From a virus (taxonomy: Duplodnaviria > Caudoviricetes), in the IMG/VR virus record IMGVR_UViG_3300025853_000126, positions 1 to 52,361 of that record: a stretch of 52,361 nucleotides of DNA. One strand, written 5' to 3'. The position numbers were made by a program, and so were the translations under genes. Below, one piece after another: positions 1 through 10,105 of the stretch. The notes beneath the pieces are model-generated. The model made no database searches. It worked only from the letters and a program-made list of their open reading frames with translations, and was not told the DNA's origin. Position 1 is the stretch's first letter; every line of letters begins with the position of its first letter.

Positions 1-1377
1 GGTAATGTTGGTATCGGAACTAGTAGCCCTGGACAAAAATTAGAAGTATATGGAACTATAAAAGCAAGAACCGTAGCTAATGGAGCTGTTGGTGAATTAA
101 AATTAGGTAATTTATCTAACCTGCTTGCTGATAATGGAGATTTATCCATAAGAAATAATACAACAAGTTTAGTAAAAGTTACAAGCGCAGGCAACGTAGG
201 TATTGGAACTGCTACTCCAGGGAATAAACTGCACGTGTCTGGTGGTGAAATTCAAGTAGTCAATGGCAGTTTTGGTAAATTATTATTACAAAACTCTACT
301 AATTATGTTTATGGTGATCAAAACGGTGTTGTTATTTTTAACGCTAATGATAATTTAAGATTATATACTGTAGGATCTGAAAAAATGCGTATTGATTCAT
401 CAGGTAATGTTGGTATTGGAACTACTAATCCTACAGAAAAACTTCAAGTTAATTCTGGTGATATTCTTATAAATAATAGCACAATTTCTTCTTTAAAATC
501 AGGCGGTTCTTTATATATAGATTTAAACACCTTTGGTAGTTATAGTGGTAGAAACTTTAGAATTTCAGATAATGGTACTTCTTTAGTAAATGTTAAGCAA
601 ACCGGTGAGGTTGGAATAGGAACTACTAGTCCTGGTGTGCCTTTAGATGTTGTAGGTCTTATACGTACTACTACAAGTTTTGTAGGTAATGCTTGTATTG
701 TAAATAGCCTTACTTCAGCAACATCTGGTGGTAGTATTTTTTTTAAAAATAATAGCGGTGTAAATCTAGCAACTTTAACAGACAATGGCAACGTAGGTAT
801 TGGAACGACTAGTCCAACTCATAAACTTCATGTTGCTGGAACAACAGCGCATACTACCGTTAAAGTCTCAACTACTACCCATAATGCAAATTTTGAAGTA
901 AAAACAGATAATTCTAATTTTGCACTTATAGGTCAAGGTAGTTCAAATAGATTTGATATTTGGGACACTAACGCTGGAGCTACAAGATTATCAGTTAATT
1001 CATCCGGTAATGTTGGTATTGGATCTACTAATCCAAGTTACAAACTAGACGTCGTTGGATCCGCAGGCAACACTGCTAGATTTAAAGGAAGTGGCGGTCA
1101 AGCAACTGTTTCTATTAACGATGGAACAAACGATAATTATATAGTTGCACTATCTGGAGATTTACAACTAAGACCAAGCGGAACAACAGTTTTAACTACT
1201 AAATCAAGTGGTAACGTAGGTATTGGATCTACTAGTCCTACTTCGAAATTGACAGTTGCTGTTGGAGATATAGAAACATCAGGTGTAGGATATGGTATTA
1301 TTTTAAAATCACCAGACGGAACAAGATATAGAGTAACAGTAGCAAATGGAGGTACATTATCAGTATCTGCAGTATAG
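1..1377 (+). CDS. Tail fibre protein, C-terminal part (5'-truncated), GNVGIGT repeats
   Basis: Frame 1 is open from base 1 (GNVGIGTSSPGQKLEV...), so 235 is not the true start. Seven G(N/E)VGIG repeats start at 1, 190, 403, 604, 787, 1006 and 1210. Ends with LKSPDGTRYRVTVANGGTL, a fibre-type C-terminus. Confidence 0.85.
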   Translation, partial: GNVGIGTSSPGQKLEVYGTIKARTVANGAVGELKLGNLSNLLADNGDLSIRNNTTSLVKVTSAGNVGIGTATPGNKLHVSGGEIQVVNGSFGKLLLQNSTNYVYGDQNGVVIFNANDNLRLYTVGSEKMRIDSSGNVGIGTTNPTEKLQVNSGDILINNSTISSLKSGGSLYIDLNTFGSYSGRNFRISDNGTSLVNVKQTGEVGIGTTSPGVPLDVVGLIRTTTSFVGNACIVNSLTSATSGGSIFFKNNSGVNLATLTDNGNVGIGTTSPTHKLHVAGTTAHTTVKVSTTTHNANFEVKTDNSNFALIGQGSSNRFDIWDTNAGATRLSVNSSGNVGIGSTNPSYKLDVVGSAGNTARFKGSGGQATVSINDGTNDNYIVALSGDLQLRPSGTTVLTTKSSGNVGIGSTSPTSKLTVAVGDIETSGVGYGIILKSPDGTRYRVTVANGGTLSVSAV

Positions 1378-1404
1378 TAAAAACACAATAATAAGTGTAA
1401 CTAT
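1377..1404 (+). promoter_or_regulatory. Putative late/phage-sigma promoter GTAAAAA-N13-GTAACTAT
   Basis: Same spacing and consensus as intergenic motifs at 10914, 17078, 42682(-) and 50362. Confidence 0.5.
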
Positions 1405-1443
1405 TTAATAAAGAAACATATTAATTAATTAAATTAAATCAAA

Positions 1444-1683
1444 ATGGCAAAAATTAAAGACGAACAATTAAAAAAAGTAACAGAACAACAACAAGCTTTA
1501 ACTAATTTATTAGCTAGAATTGGTGTTCTAGAAATTGAAAAACTTAACCTTTCTGGTGAGATTAAAAAACTAGAAGGTGAAGTTGAACAAACTAAAAAAG
1601 AACTAGAAGAAGAGTACGGGAAGGTTAGTATTAATCTAGCTGATGGTACATACGAGAAGATCGAGGATAAAGAAGATGCATAA
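1444..1683 (+). CDS. Small coiled-coil protein (possible fibre chaperone)
   Basis: 79-aa heptad-rich ORF directly after the fibre gene. Confidence 0.6.
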   Translation: MAKIKDEQLKKVTEQQQALTNLLARIGVLEIEKLNLSGEIKKLEGEVEQTKKELEEEYGKVSINLADGTYEKIEDKEDA

Positions 1684-1900
1684 CATCAGAAAAATCAGTA
1701 TTGGAACTGATTATAAAAATGATGCAATGCATTATGCGGTAGGCCAACAAGTTTATGGTGGTCATGAAATATCGCATATTTTATTTGAAGATTCTGATAG
1801 TTCTTATAACATTTATATAAAGAAAAACGATGAAGTATTACCATGGAAGAAGTTTAATTCTAACATGGCTATATCAATCGAATACGATTTAGAGTATTAA
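1676..1900 (+). CDS. Hypothetical phage protein
   Basis: ATG at 1676 overlaps the end of the upstream gene (MHNIRKISIGTDYKNDAMHY...). Confidence 0.7.
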   Translation: MHNIRKISIGTDYKNDAMHYAVGQQVYGGHEISHILFEDSDSSYNIYIKKNDEVLPWKKFNSNMAISIEYDLEY

Positions 1901-2505
1901 TGAAAAGCTTATATGATTTTATTGTAGAACCTTTAGGTGATAAATACAATAATGAAATACAAGTTGGTGATAAAAAACTAGTTGTTAATACTAAAATTGA
2001 ATCATGGACTTTTGTAAATAGACTAGCTAAAGTAATTGAAACACCAATTGCTTTTAAAACAAAAATTAAAAAAGGTGATACTATTGTAATACATCAAAAT
2101 GTATTTAGAACTTTTTATGACATGCGTGGTAATAAAAAAGTTAGTAGATCATGGTTTAAAGATAATCTTTATTTTGTAGGTTTAGATCAAATATATTTAT
2201 ATAAAAACTCTGAGGGTTGGCACTCATTTGCAAACAGATGCTTTGTGCACCCAATAAAAGATAAGAGTGATTTTACTACAAATAAAGAACAAAAATTAAA
2301 AGGTATATTAAAACACGGTAATACGAATTTAAAAAACCTTAATATAAACGAAGGAGATTTAGTTGGTTTTAAACCAAACAGAGAGTGGCAGTTTTTAGTA
2401 GAGGGAAAACGTTTATATTGTATGGAATCAAATGATATTGTAATTAAATATGAGCACCAAGGAAACGAAGAAGAATATAATCCAAGCTGGGCAAGTAGCA
2501 GTTAA
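1900..2505 (+). CDS. GroES-like co-chaperonin (tandem GroES-like domains)
   Basis: Two units resembling GroES strands (FIVEP...IKKGDTIV; FVHP...INEGDLVGF...VEGKRLYCMESNDI), upstream of terminase. Confidence 0.55.
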   Translation: MKSLYDFIVEPLGDKYNNEIQVGDKKLVVNTKIESWTFVNRLAKVIETPIAFKTKIKKGDTIVIHQNVFRTFYDMRGNKKVSRSWFKDNLYFVGLDQIYLYKNSEGWHSFANRCFVHPIKDKSDFTTNKEQKLKGILKHGNTNLKNLNINEGDLVGFKPNREWQFLVEGKRLYCMESNDIVIKYEHQGNEEEYNPSWASSS

Positions 2506-2728
2506 AGAGTTAATCAAAGTTGCTAAAGAACCTATTATAGATTATGGTCCTGATATTTCCGCAGACAGACTTAAGAATGCTGCAGCTACAAAAAAACTAG
2601 CTATATTCGATGCTTTTGAAATACTTAATCGTATTGAAGAAGAAAAGAATATGCTAGAAGATAAACCTAAAGTTGAAGAAAAGAAAAAATCTAACTTTAA
2701 AGGTTTTGCAGAAGGGAGGTCTAAATAA
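2450..2728 (+). CDS. Putative terminase small subunit
   Basis: 92-aa helical ORF translationally coupled (TAATG) to the terminase large subunit. Confidence 0.5.
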   Translation: MSTKETKKNIIQAGQVAVKELIKVAKEPIIDYGPDISADRLKNAAATKKLAIFDAFEILNRIEEEKNMLEDKPKVEEKKKSNFKGFAEGRSK

Positions 2729-4947
2729 TGTACGAGCAAACTTTATATACAATATTAGAAGATTACATTACACCTAGTACTCTTAAAAAAAATAATAAGT
2801 ATAAGAAATGGGAGTATGGTTATAATGAACAACATGATATGGTTGTTATTAGTAAAGACGGTACAATAGGTGATATATACGAAATACAAAATCTTAAAAT
2901 AGCTTTACCACAAGCAAAGAGTATTCACAAGTTTGAAAATGGTAAGTGGAATCAGTTTGAATATCCTAAAGTTTTAAGTAAAATAAAAACAGTATTTGAT
3001 TTTAAACAATATCCAGAGGATTTTAAAGAAAAATGGTATGATTACATCGATAATGAGTTCACCCGCAGGGAGGAAGGTTTTTGGTTTTATAACAAAGGCG
3101 TTCCTACTTACATTAGTGGTACTCATTACATGTACTTGCAGTGGTCTAAGATTGACGTCGGGGCACCAGACTTTAGAGAGTCAAATAGATTATTCTTTAT
3201 TTTCTGGGAAGCTTGTAAGGCAGATACACGATCCTATGGGATGTGTTACCTTAAGAACAGGCGTTCCGGGTTTTCTTTCATGGCCTCAGGAGAGGTGGTT
3301 AACTTGGCAACCATATCAAGTGACAGTAGGTATGGTATATTATCCAAGTCCGGTCCTGATGCAAAGAAGATGTTCACAGATAAGGTGGTACCCATATCAG
3401 TTAATTATCCCTTCTTTTTCAAACCGACCCAGGATGGAATGGACCGTCCAAAGACCGAACTTGCCTACCGTGTCCCCGCAACCAAGTACACCCGTCGTAA
3501 GCTCACCTCCTCCGCCGACGAGACCTTACAGGACGAATTACAGGGACTTGACACCACTATCGACTGGAAGAATACCGGTGACAACTCCTACGATGGGGAG
3601 AAGCTCAAACTACTCGTTCACGACGAGTCCGGTAAATGGGAGAAGCCGAACAACATCCTCAACAACTGGAGGGTCACGAAAACCACGTTAAGATTAGGTA
3701 GTAGAATTATTGGAAAGTGTATGATGGGTTCAACATCAAATGCTTTAGATAAAGGAGGTAAAGAATTTAAAAAATTATATGATGACTCAGATGTCACAAA
3801 AAGAAACAGCAATGGACAGACTCGCTCAGGATTATATAGTTTGTTCATACCTATGGAATGGAATTACGAAGGATACATTGATTCTTATGGATTACCTGTA
3901 TTCGATACACCAAAAAAACAAGTTAAAGATCCGCACGGTATAACAATAAAACAAGGTGTTATAGAATATTGGGAAAATGAAGTAGAAGGATTAAAAGAAG
4001 ATCAAGATGCTTTAAATGAATTTTACAGACAGTTTCCTCGTACAACTAAGCATGCTTTTAGAGACGAGTCAAAACAATCTTTATTTAATCTAACTAAGAT
4101 ATATGAGCAAATAGATTTTAATGAAGATTTAAAAAATAGTATAAATATAACAAGAGGTAGTTTTCAATGGGAAAATGGAGATCAAGACACTAGAGTTATA
4201 TTTGTACCAAATAAACAAGGAAGATTTTTAATTACTTGGATACCAGATATTAATATACAAAATAGAAGATATATTAAAAACGGTATAAATTACCCAGGTA
4301 ATGAACATATGGGAGCATTTGGCTGTGACCCATATGATATATCAGGAACAGTGGATAAAAGAGGTTCAAATGGTTCACTGCATGGGCTTACAAAGTTTAG
4401 TATGGAGAACGCACCACCAAATCATTTTTTCTTAGAATATATAGCGAGACCTCAAACTGCTGAAATATTTTTTGAAGATGTATTGATGGCGTGTATATTT
4501 TATGGTATGCCAATACTTGCAGAGAATAATAAACCAAGATTACTTTACTATTTTAAACGTAGAGGTTATAGAGGTTTTGCAATGAACAGACCTGATAAAG
4601 CAAGAAATAAATTATCTGTAACAGAAAGAGAAATAGGTGGAATACCTAATTCTAGTGAAGATATAAAGCAAGCTCACGCTGCAGCAATTGAAACGTATGT
4701 TGAAAATTTTGTAGGATTAAAAGAAACAGGATATGGAGATATGTATTTTCAAAGAACGTTAGAAGACTGGGCTAAATTTAATATAAATAATAGAACAACT
4801 CATGATGCTTCGATCAGCTCAGGTTTAGCTCTTATGGCGTGTAACAAACACAGATATACGCCAACAACAAAAAGAGAATTACAACCTGTTGATTTAGGTA
4901 TTAAAAAATATAATAATAAAGGATCGACATCAAAAATTATAAGTTAA
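2728..4947 (+). CDS. terL: Terminase large subunit
   Basis: Walker A-like LKNRRSGFS, Walker B LLVHDESGK, motif III MGSTSN, RNase H-like nuclease FGCDPYD and HDASIS; precedes portal. Confidence 0.92.
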   Translation: MYEQTLYTILEDYITPSTLKKNNKYKKWEYGYNEQHDMVVISKDGTIGDIYEIQNLKIALPQAKSIHKFENGKWNQFEYPKVLSKIKTVFDFKQYPEDFKEKWYDYIDNEFTRREEGFWFYNKGVPTYISGTHYMYLQWSKIDVGAPDFRESNRLFFIFWEACKADTRSYGMCYLKNRRSGFSFMASGEVVNLATISSDSRYGILSKSGPDAKKMFTDKVVPISVNYPFFFKPTQDGMDRPKTELAYRVPATKYTRRKLTSSADETLQDELQGLDTTIDWKNTGDNSYDGEKLKLLVHDESGKWEKPNNILNNWRVTKTTLRLGSRIIGKCMMGSTSNALDKGGKEFKKLYDDSDVTKRNSNGQTRSGLYSLFIPMEWNYEGYIDSYGLPVFDTPKKQVKDPHGITIKQGVIEYWENEVEGLKEDQDALNEFYRQFPRTTKHAFRDESKQSLFNLTKIYEQIDFNEDLKNSINITRGSFQWENGDQDTRVIFVPNKQGRFLITWIPDINIQNRRYIKNGINYPGNEHMGAFGCDPYDISGTVDKRGSNGSLHGLTKFSMENAPPNHFFLEYIARPQTAEIFFEDVLMACIFYGMPILAENNKPRLLYYFKRRGYRGFAMNRPDKARNKLSVTEREIGGIPNSSEDIKQAHAAAIETYVENFVGLKETGYGDMYFQRTLEDWAKFNINNRTTHDASISSGLALMACNKHRYTPTTKRELQPVDLGIKKYNNKGSTSKIIS
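3038..3691 (+). CDS. Candidate overprinted lipoprotein-like gene in +1 frame of terL
   Basis: Frame open 2996-3691 with ATGs at 3038 and 3053. RK + hydrophobic helix + TCTC, then a Pro/Ser/Thr-rich tail. Coincides with a GC spike that ends at its stop codon. Confidence 0.55.
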   Translation: MITSIMSSPAGRKVFGFITKAFLLTLVVLITCTCSGLRLTSGHQTLESQIDYSLFSGKLVRQIHDPMGCVTLRTGVPGFLSWPQERWLTWQPYQVTVGMVYYPSPVLMQRRCSQIRWYPYQLIIPSFSNRPRMEWTVQRPNLPTVSPQPSTPVVSSPPPPTRPYRTNYRDLTPLSTGRIPVTTPTMGRSSNYSFTTSPVNGRSRTTSSTTGGSRKPR

Positions 4948-7335
4948 ATGAATATATATACTAACACTAATAGTCCTTTTCCAAGTCAAGTAGTAAGTGA
5001 CGTAGAAAAAGCTAGTATTGAGTATGGAACACAGGTTGCTCAAGCTATAGAGCAAGAGTGGTTTTCACAAGGAAGGACTAGTGGTAATAGATACTTAACT
5101 AACTGGAATAATTTCCATATGTTAAGATCATATGCTAGAGGTGAGCAGTCAATACAAAAATACAAAGATGAGTTAGCTATTAACGGTGATTTATCATATT
5201 TAAATTTAGACTGGAAACCAGTACCTATATTATCTAAGTTTGTAGATATAGTGGTAAACGGTATATCATCAAAAACTTATGATATAAAAGCTTATGCCCA
5301 AGATCCTGAGTCAATAAAGAAAAGAACTAGCTATGCTTCTAAGATATATGAAGACATGCTGTCTAAAGAATATTTGGATAACTTAAAAAATACTTTAGGT
5401 ATTGATTTATACCAAACACCTAATACAGATATAATACCAGAAACAACAGAAGAGTTAGAGCTTCACATGCAATTATCATATAAGCAAAGTGTAGAAATAG
5501 CAGAAGAAGAAGCTATATCTAGTGTACTTGCTCAAAACAAATATGATTTAATTAGACGTAGATTAAATATGGATTTAGCTGTTTGCGGTATTGCAGCGGC
5601 TAAAACTAGTTTTAATACAGCTGAAGGTATTACTGTTGATTATGTTGATCCAGCATATATGATATATTCTTATACAGAGGATCCAAATTTTGAAGACATA
5701 TACTATGTTGGTGAATTAAAAGCTATAACAATACCAGAGCTTAAAAAAGAGTTTCCTAATATATCTGATGAAGAATTAAAAAGAATACAAGCAATGCCAG
5801 GTAATAAATCTTATATTACTGGTTGGGGTGATTATGATGAAAATACTGTTCAAGTTTTATATTTTGATTATAAAACATATCATAATCAAGTATTTAAAAT
5901 AAAACAAACAGATCAAGGATTAATGAAAGCTATTGAAAAGCCAGACACATTTAATCCACCAGAAAATGATATGTTTGAAAGAGTTTCAAGATCTATTGAA
6001 GTATTATATAGCGGTGCTAAAGTTTTAGGTACTGATACAATGCTTAAATGGGAGCTTGCTGAAAACATGTCAAGACCTTATGCTGATACTACTAAGGTTA
6101 AAATGAACTACGCAATATGTGCGCCTAGAATTTATAAAGGTAGAATAGAATCATTAGTTAGCAAATGTACTGGTTTTGCTGATATGATTCAAATTACACA
6201 TTTAAAATTACAACAAGTTATATCTCGTATGGTGCCAGATGGTGTTTACTTAGATATGGACGGGCTTGCTGAAGTTGATCTTGGTAATGGTACTAATTAT
6301 AATCCAGCAGAAGCATTGAATATGTATTTCCAAACTGGTAGTATTGTTGGTAGATCATTAACACAAGAAGGTGATATGAACCCAGGTAAAGTTCCAATAC
6401 AAGAACTTAATTCTGGTACAGGAGCAGGTAAAATACAAAGTCTTATACAAACTTATCAATACTATTTACAGATGATAAGAGACGTGACGGGACTAAATGA
6501 AGCTAGAGATGGTAGTTTACCAGACCGTAACACGCTTGTAGGACTGCAGAAACTAGCCGCTAATGCATCAAATGTAGCAACTAGACATATTGTACAATCT
6601 AGTTTATTTTTAACGCTTAAATTGTCAGAAAATATTAGCTTAAAAGTAGCTGATGCACTGGAGTTTCCATTAACTAGAGCATCATTACAGAACTCTATAT
6701 CAACGTATAATATTAAAACATTGGATGAAGTTGTTAATCTTAATTTACACGACTTTGGTATTTTCTTAGAATTAGAACCAGATGAAGAAGAAAAACAACA
6801 ATTAGAAGCTAATATACAAATAGCTTTACAAGCTAAAAACATTGATGTTGAAGATGCTATTGATTTAAGACAAATTAAAAATCTTAAACTAGCTAATCAA
6901 ATGTTAAAAGTAAAACGTAAAGAAAAAGCTAAACAAGATCAATTAGCACAACAAGCAAATATTCAAGCTCAAGCAGAGGCTCAATCACAAGCAGCAGAAA
7001 AAACAGCTATGGCAGAAGTACAAAAACAACAAGCTATATCTGGTGCTAATGTAGAATATGAAAAAGCTAAGAGTGAGTTTGAAAAAGATCGTATGCAGCT
7101 GCAAGCACAATTAGATCAACAAAAAATAATGCAGCAACATAAAAACGATATGGAACTTAAACAATTAGAAGTTTCAAATCAAAAACAAAAAGAAAAAGAA
7201 ATAGAAGATCGTAAAGATAAAAGAATAAAAATGGAAGGTACTCAACAGAGTAAAATGATACAGCAAAGACAAACAGATAGCCCAGCTATAGATTTTGAAG
7301 CTGAATCAGGACTAGACATGTCGCCTTTCATGTAG
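4948..7335 (+). CDS. Portal protein
   Basis: 795 aa, directly after TerL; RDVTGLNEARDG motif and Q-rich C-terminal barrel coil typical of podovirus portals. Confidence 0.88.
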   Translation: MNIYTNTNSPFPSQVVSDVEKASIEYGTQVAQAIEQEWFSQGRTSGNRYLTNWNNFHMLRSYARGEQSIQKYKDELAINGDLSYLNLDWKPVPILSKFVDIVVNGISSKTYDIKAYAQDPESIKKRTSYASKIYEDMLSKEYLDNLKNTLGIDLYQTPNTDIIPETTEELELHMQLSYKQSVEIAEEEAISSVLAQNKYDLIRRRLNMDLAVCGIAAAKTSFNTAEGITVDYVDPAYMIYSYTEDPNFEDIYYVGELKAITIPELKKEFPNISDEELKRIQAMPGNKSYITGWGDYDENTVQVLYFDYKTYHNQVFKIKQTDQGLMKAIEKPDTFNPPENDMFERVSRSIEVLYSGAKVLGTDTMLKWELAENMSRPYADTTKVKMNYAICAPRIYKGRIESLVSKCTGFADMIQITHLKLQQVISRMVPDGVYLDMDGLAEVDLGNGTNYNPAEALNMYFQTGSIVGRSLTQEGDMNPGKVPIQELNSGTGAGKIQSLIQTYQYYLQMIRDVTGLNEARDGSLPDRNTLVGLQKLAANASNVATRHIVQSSLFLTLKLSENISLKVADALEFPLTRASLQNSISTYNIKTLDEVVNLNLHDFGIFLELEPDEEEKQQLEANIQIALQAKNIDVEDAIDLRQIKNLKLANQMLKVKRKEKAKQDQLAQQANIQAQAEAQSQAAEKTAMAEVQKQQAISGANVEYEKAKSEFEKDRMQLQAQLDQQKIMQQHKNDMELKQLEVSNQKQKEKEIEDRKDKRIKMEGTQQSKMIQQRQTDSPAIDFEAESGLDMSPFM

Positions 7336-7361
7336 TATTAACTATTTAATTATATTATATT

Positions 7362-8582
7362 ATGTCAAACACAAAAGCAGCCGTAGAGGTGAAGCAAGAA
7401 GGTGAATTTACTTTAAAAGGTAAATCAAAACCTAGAAAACCAAAACAATTAGGTAATAAAGAACAAGAAATACCAAAGGTGAATATTAAAGAGCCTTTAG
7501 TAGAAGTGGAACCTGATGTTAAAAAGGTAGAAATTAAAAACGAAGAAATTAAAAAAGAAGACGATGCCATTCAAATCGGAGAAACAGAGAAGGTATCTGT
7601 GGAAAAACCATCCGGAGATAGCACAGAGGTGGGAGAACCTGTACAAGAGTCCAACGAGACTACTGAAGGGTTTTCTCCGATCCAAGAAGTAACTGAAGAA
7701 GAGGAAGTTAAACAAGAAGTAAAGCAACCAGAAGTTAAACCAGTTGAACAACCAGCTGTAGATTTACCTGAAAATGTAGAAAAACTTGTTAGCTTTATGA
7801 AAGAAACAGGTGGTACTGTAGAAGATTATGTTAGATTAAACGCTGATTACAGTAACATCGATGAAAAAGCATTGTTAAAAGAATATTATAAAAAAAATAA
7901 ACCTCATTTAGACGCTGAAGATGTAGATCTTATTTTAGAAGATTTTACATGGGATACAGATGTTGATGAGGAAAGAGATATACGAAAGAAAAAGTTAGCA
8001 TTTAAAGAAGAAGTTGCTAAAGCTAGAACGTATCTAGATAGTTTGAAAGATAAATACTATGACGAAATTAAATTACGTCCTGGTGTAACTCAAGAGCAAC
8101 AAAAAGCAATGGACTTTTTCAATCGTTACAATAAACAGCAAGAACAGGCTGAGCAACTACACACGCAGTTTAAACAAAGTACTCAACAGCTTTTCAGCGA
8201 TCAATTCAAAGGTTTTGATTTTGAAGTTGGAGGTAAAAAGTATAAGTATAACATACAAAATCGTGATGCAGTTGCAGAAAACCAATCAAACATTAACAAT
8301 CTGATAGGGAAGTTCCTAGACGCAGATGGTAGTGTAGTAGACCCGGCTGGTTATCATAAAGCAATGTATGCTGCTGAAAACGTAGATAGAATCGCTACTC
8401 ATTTTTACGAACAAGGTAAAGCTGATGCCGTTAAGGATGTAGTTAACAAATCTAAAAACCTTTCTGATGTAAAAGCCAGACAAGGTAATACAGGTGAAGT
8501 TTTCATCGGTGGAATGAAAGTAAAATCGATTAGTGGTGCGGACTCTACAAAACTTAAAATAAAAACAAGAAAGTTTAACTAA
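7362..8582 (+). CDS. Putative capsid scaffolding protein
   Basis: Acidic low-complexity N-terminus, helical C-terminus, located between portal and capsid genes. Confidence 0.65.
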   Translation: MSNTKAAVEVKQEGEFTLKGKSKPRKPKQLGNKEQEIPKVNIKEPLVEVEPDVKKVEIKNEEIKKEDDAIQIGETEKVSVEKPSGDSTEVGEPVQESNETTEGFSPIQEVTEEEEVKQEVKQPEVKPVEQPAVDLPENVEKLVSFMKETGGTVEDYVRLNADYSNIDEKALLKEYYKKNKPHLDAEDVDLILEDFTWDTDVDEERDIRKKKLAFKEEVAKARTYLDSLKDKYYDEIKLRPGVTQEQQKAMDFFNRYNKQQEQAEQLHTQFKQSTQQLFSDQFKGFDFEVGGKKYKYNIQNRDAVAENQSNINNLIGKFLDADGSVVDPAGYHKAMYAAENVDRIATHFYEQGKADAVKDVVNKSKNLSDVKARQGNTGEVFIGGMKVKSISGADSTKLKIKTRKFN

Positions 8583-8599
8583 TTTAAAATTTATTAATT

Positions 8600-10042
8600 A
8601 TGGGTACATTAACTCCACAGTTTGGAACAATATTACCATCTCAGAAGCAAGAGCTTTTAAATAGCAATTATTTAAAGTTCAACACTGGAGGTGCTAATGA
8701 TTTTATCCAACAGTATTTACCAGAGGTCTACGAAGCTGAAGTAGAGCGTTATGGAAACAGAACGTTATCTGGATTTTTAAGAATGGTCGGTGCAGAAATG
8801 CCAATGACCTCTGATCAAGTAATCTGGTCTGAGCAAAATAGATTACATATTTCATATGATAACATGACTGCAAACGGTGCTGGTACTATTTTAACATTAA
8901 GTGCTACAGCTGGTCAGAACATGGTTATCTCTATAAATGACACTGTAGTTGTATTAGATACAGGTACTGGCGCTTCAGGAAAAGCAATTGTTACTGGTGT
9001 AACAGCTGGTGGACCTGGTGTTGGTGCTATTACAGTACAAGCATGGGACGGTGTTCAGTATACTCTTGCAAATAACTTTAATTCTGGAAGTCTTAAAGTA
9101 TTTGTTTACGGTTCTGCATACAGTAAAGGAAGATCAACTGTTGGAACAGGTGCTGACGCAGCTAGAGTTTCTGTTGATCCTTCTTTCACGCAATATGCTA
9201 ACTCACCAGTTATTATTAGAAACCAATACGTAGTAAATGGTTCTGATATGGCGCAAATCGGTTGGGTTGAAGTTGCTACTGAAGATGGTGCTTCTGGATA
9301 CTTATGGTATTTAAAAGCTGAGTCTGAAACTAGATTAAGATTCGAAGACTACCTAGAAATGGTATGTGTTGAAGGTGAATTAAACGTTGCTGCAGGTGCT
9401 GGTGATTATCAAATCGACAAGTTACCAGGTACTGAAGGTTTATTTGCTGCTATCGAAGGAAGAGGTAATGTTGAAGTAGGATTTACTGCTGCAACTGGTA
9501 TTTCTGATTTTGATGAAATTCTTAAAAACCTAGATACTCAAGGAGCTATCGAAGAAAACATGCTTTTCTTACAAAGACAAACTGCTCTAGATTTTGATGA
9601 CATGCTAGCTAGCATTTCTGCTGGTGGACAAGGTGGTGTTGCTTATGGATTATTTGAAAATTCAGAAGAAATGGCACTTAACTTAGGTTTCTCAGGATTT
9701 AGAAGAGGTTCTTATGACTTTTACAAAACTGATTGGAAATACTTAAACGATGCTTCTACAAGAGGTGCTGTTACAGGTATTAACTCAATCGAAGGTGTAT
9801 TAGTACCAGCTGGAACTTCTACAGTTTATGATCAAGTTTTAGGAACTAACATCAGAAGACCTTTCTTACACGTTAGATATAGAGCTTCTCAAGCTGACGA
9901 TAGAAGAATGAAGTCTTGGGTGACTGGTTCTGCAGGTGGTGCGTTTACTTCAACTCTTGATGCTATGGAAATCAACTTCCTATCAGAAAGATGTTTAGTA
10001 ACACAAGCTGCTAACAACTTTGTATTATTCAAAGGAGTGTAA
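8600..10042 (+). CDS. Major capsid protein
   Basis: 480 aa, follows scaffold, highly-expressed-type codon bias, followed by a strong hairpin terminator. Confidence 0.85.
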   Translation: MGTLTPQFGTILPSQKQELLNSNYLKFNTGGANDFIQQYLPEVYEAEVERYGNRTLSGFLRMVGAEMPMTSDQVIWSEQNRLHISYDNMTANGAGTILTLSATAGQNMVISINDTVVVLDTGTGASGKAIVTGVTAGGPGVGAITVQAWDGVQYTLANNFNSGSLKVFVYGSAYSKGRSTVGTGADAARVSVDPSFTQYANSPVIIRNQYVVNGSDMAQIGWVEVATEDGASGYLWYLKAESETRLRFEDYLEMVCVEGELNVAAGAGDYQIDKLPGTEGLFAAIEGRGNVEVGFTAATGISDFDEILKNLDTQGAIEENMLFLQRQTALDFDDMLASISAGGQGGVAYGLFENSEEMALNLGFSGFRRGSYDFYKTDWKYLNDASTRGAVTGINSIEGVLVPAGTSTVYDQVLGTNIRRPFLHVRYRASQADDRRMKSWVTGSAGGAFTSTLDAMEINFLSERCLVTQAANNFVLFKGV

Positions 10043-10050
10043 TTTTTATA

Positions 10051-10082
10051 AGGTAAGGGCGCTTCGGCGCCCATATACCTTT
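10051..10082 (+). terminator. Intrinsic terminator after the capsid gene
   Basis: AGGTA..GGGCGC-TTCG-GCGCCC..TACCT-TT hairpin with UUCG loop. Confidence 0.75.
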
Positions 10083-10105
10083 AACTTATTTAATTTTATT
10101 ATATC

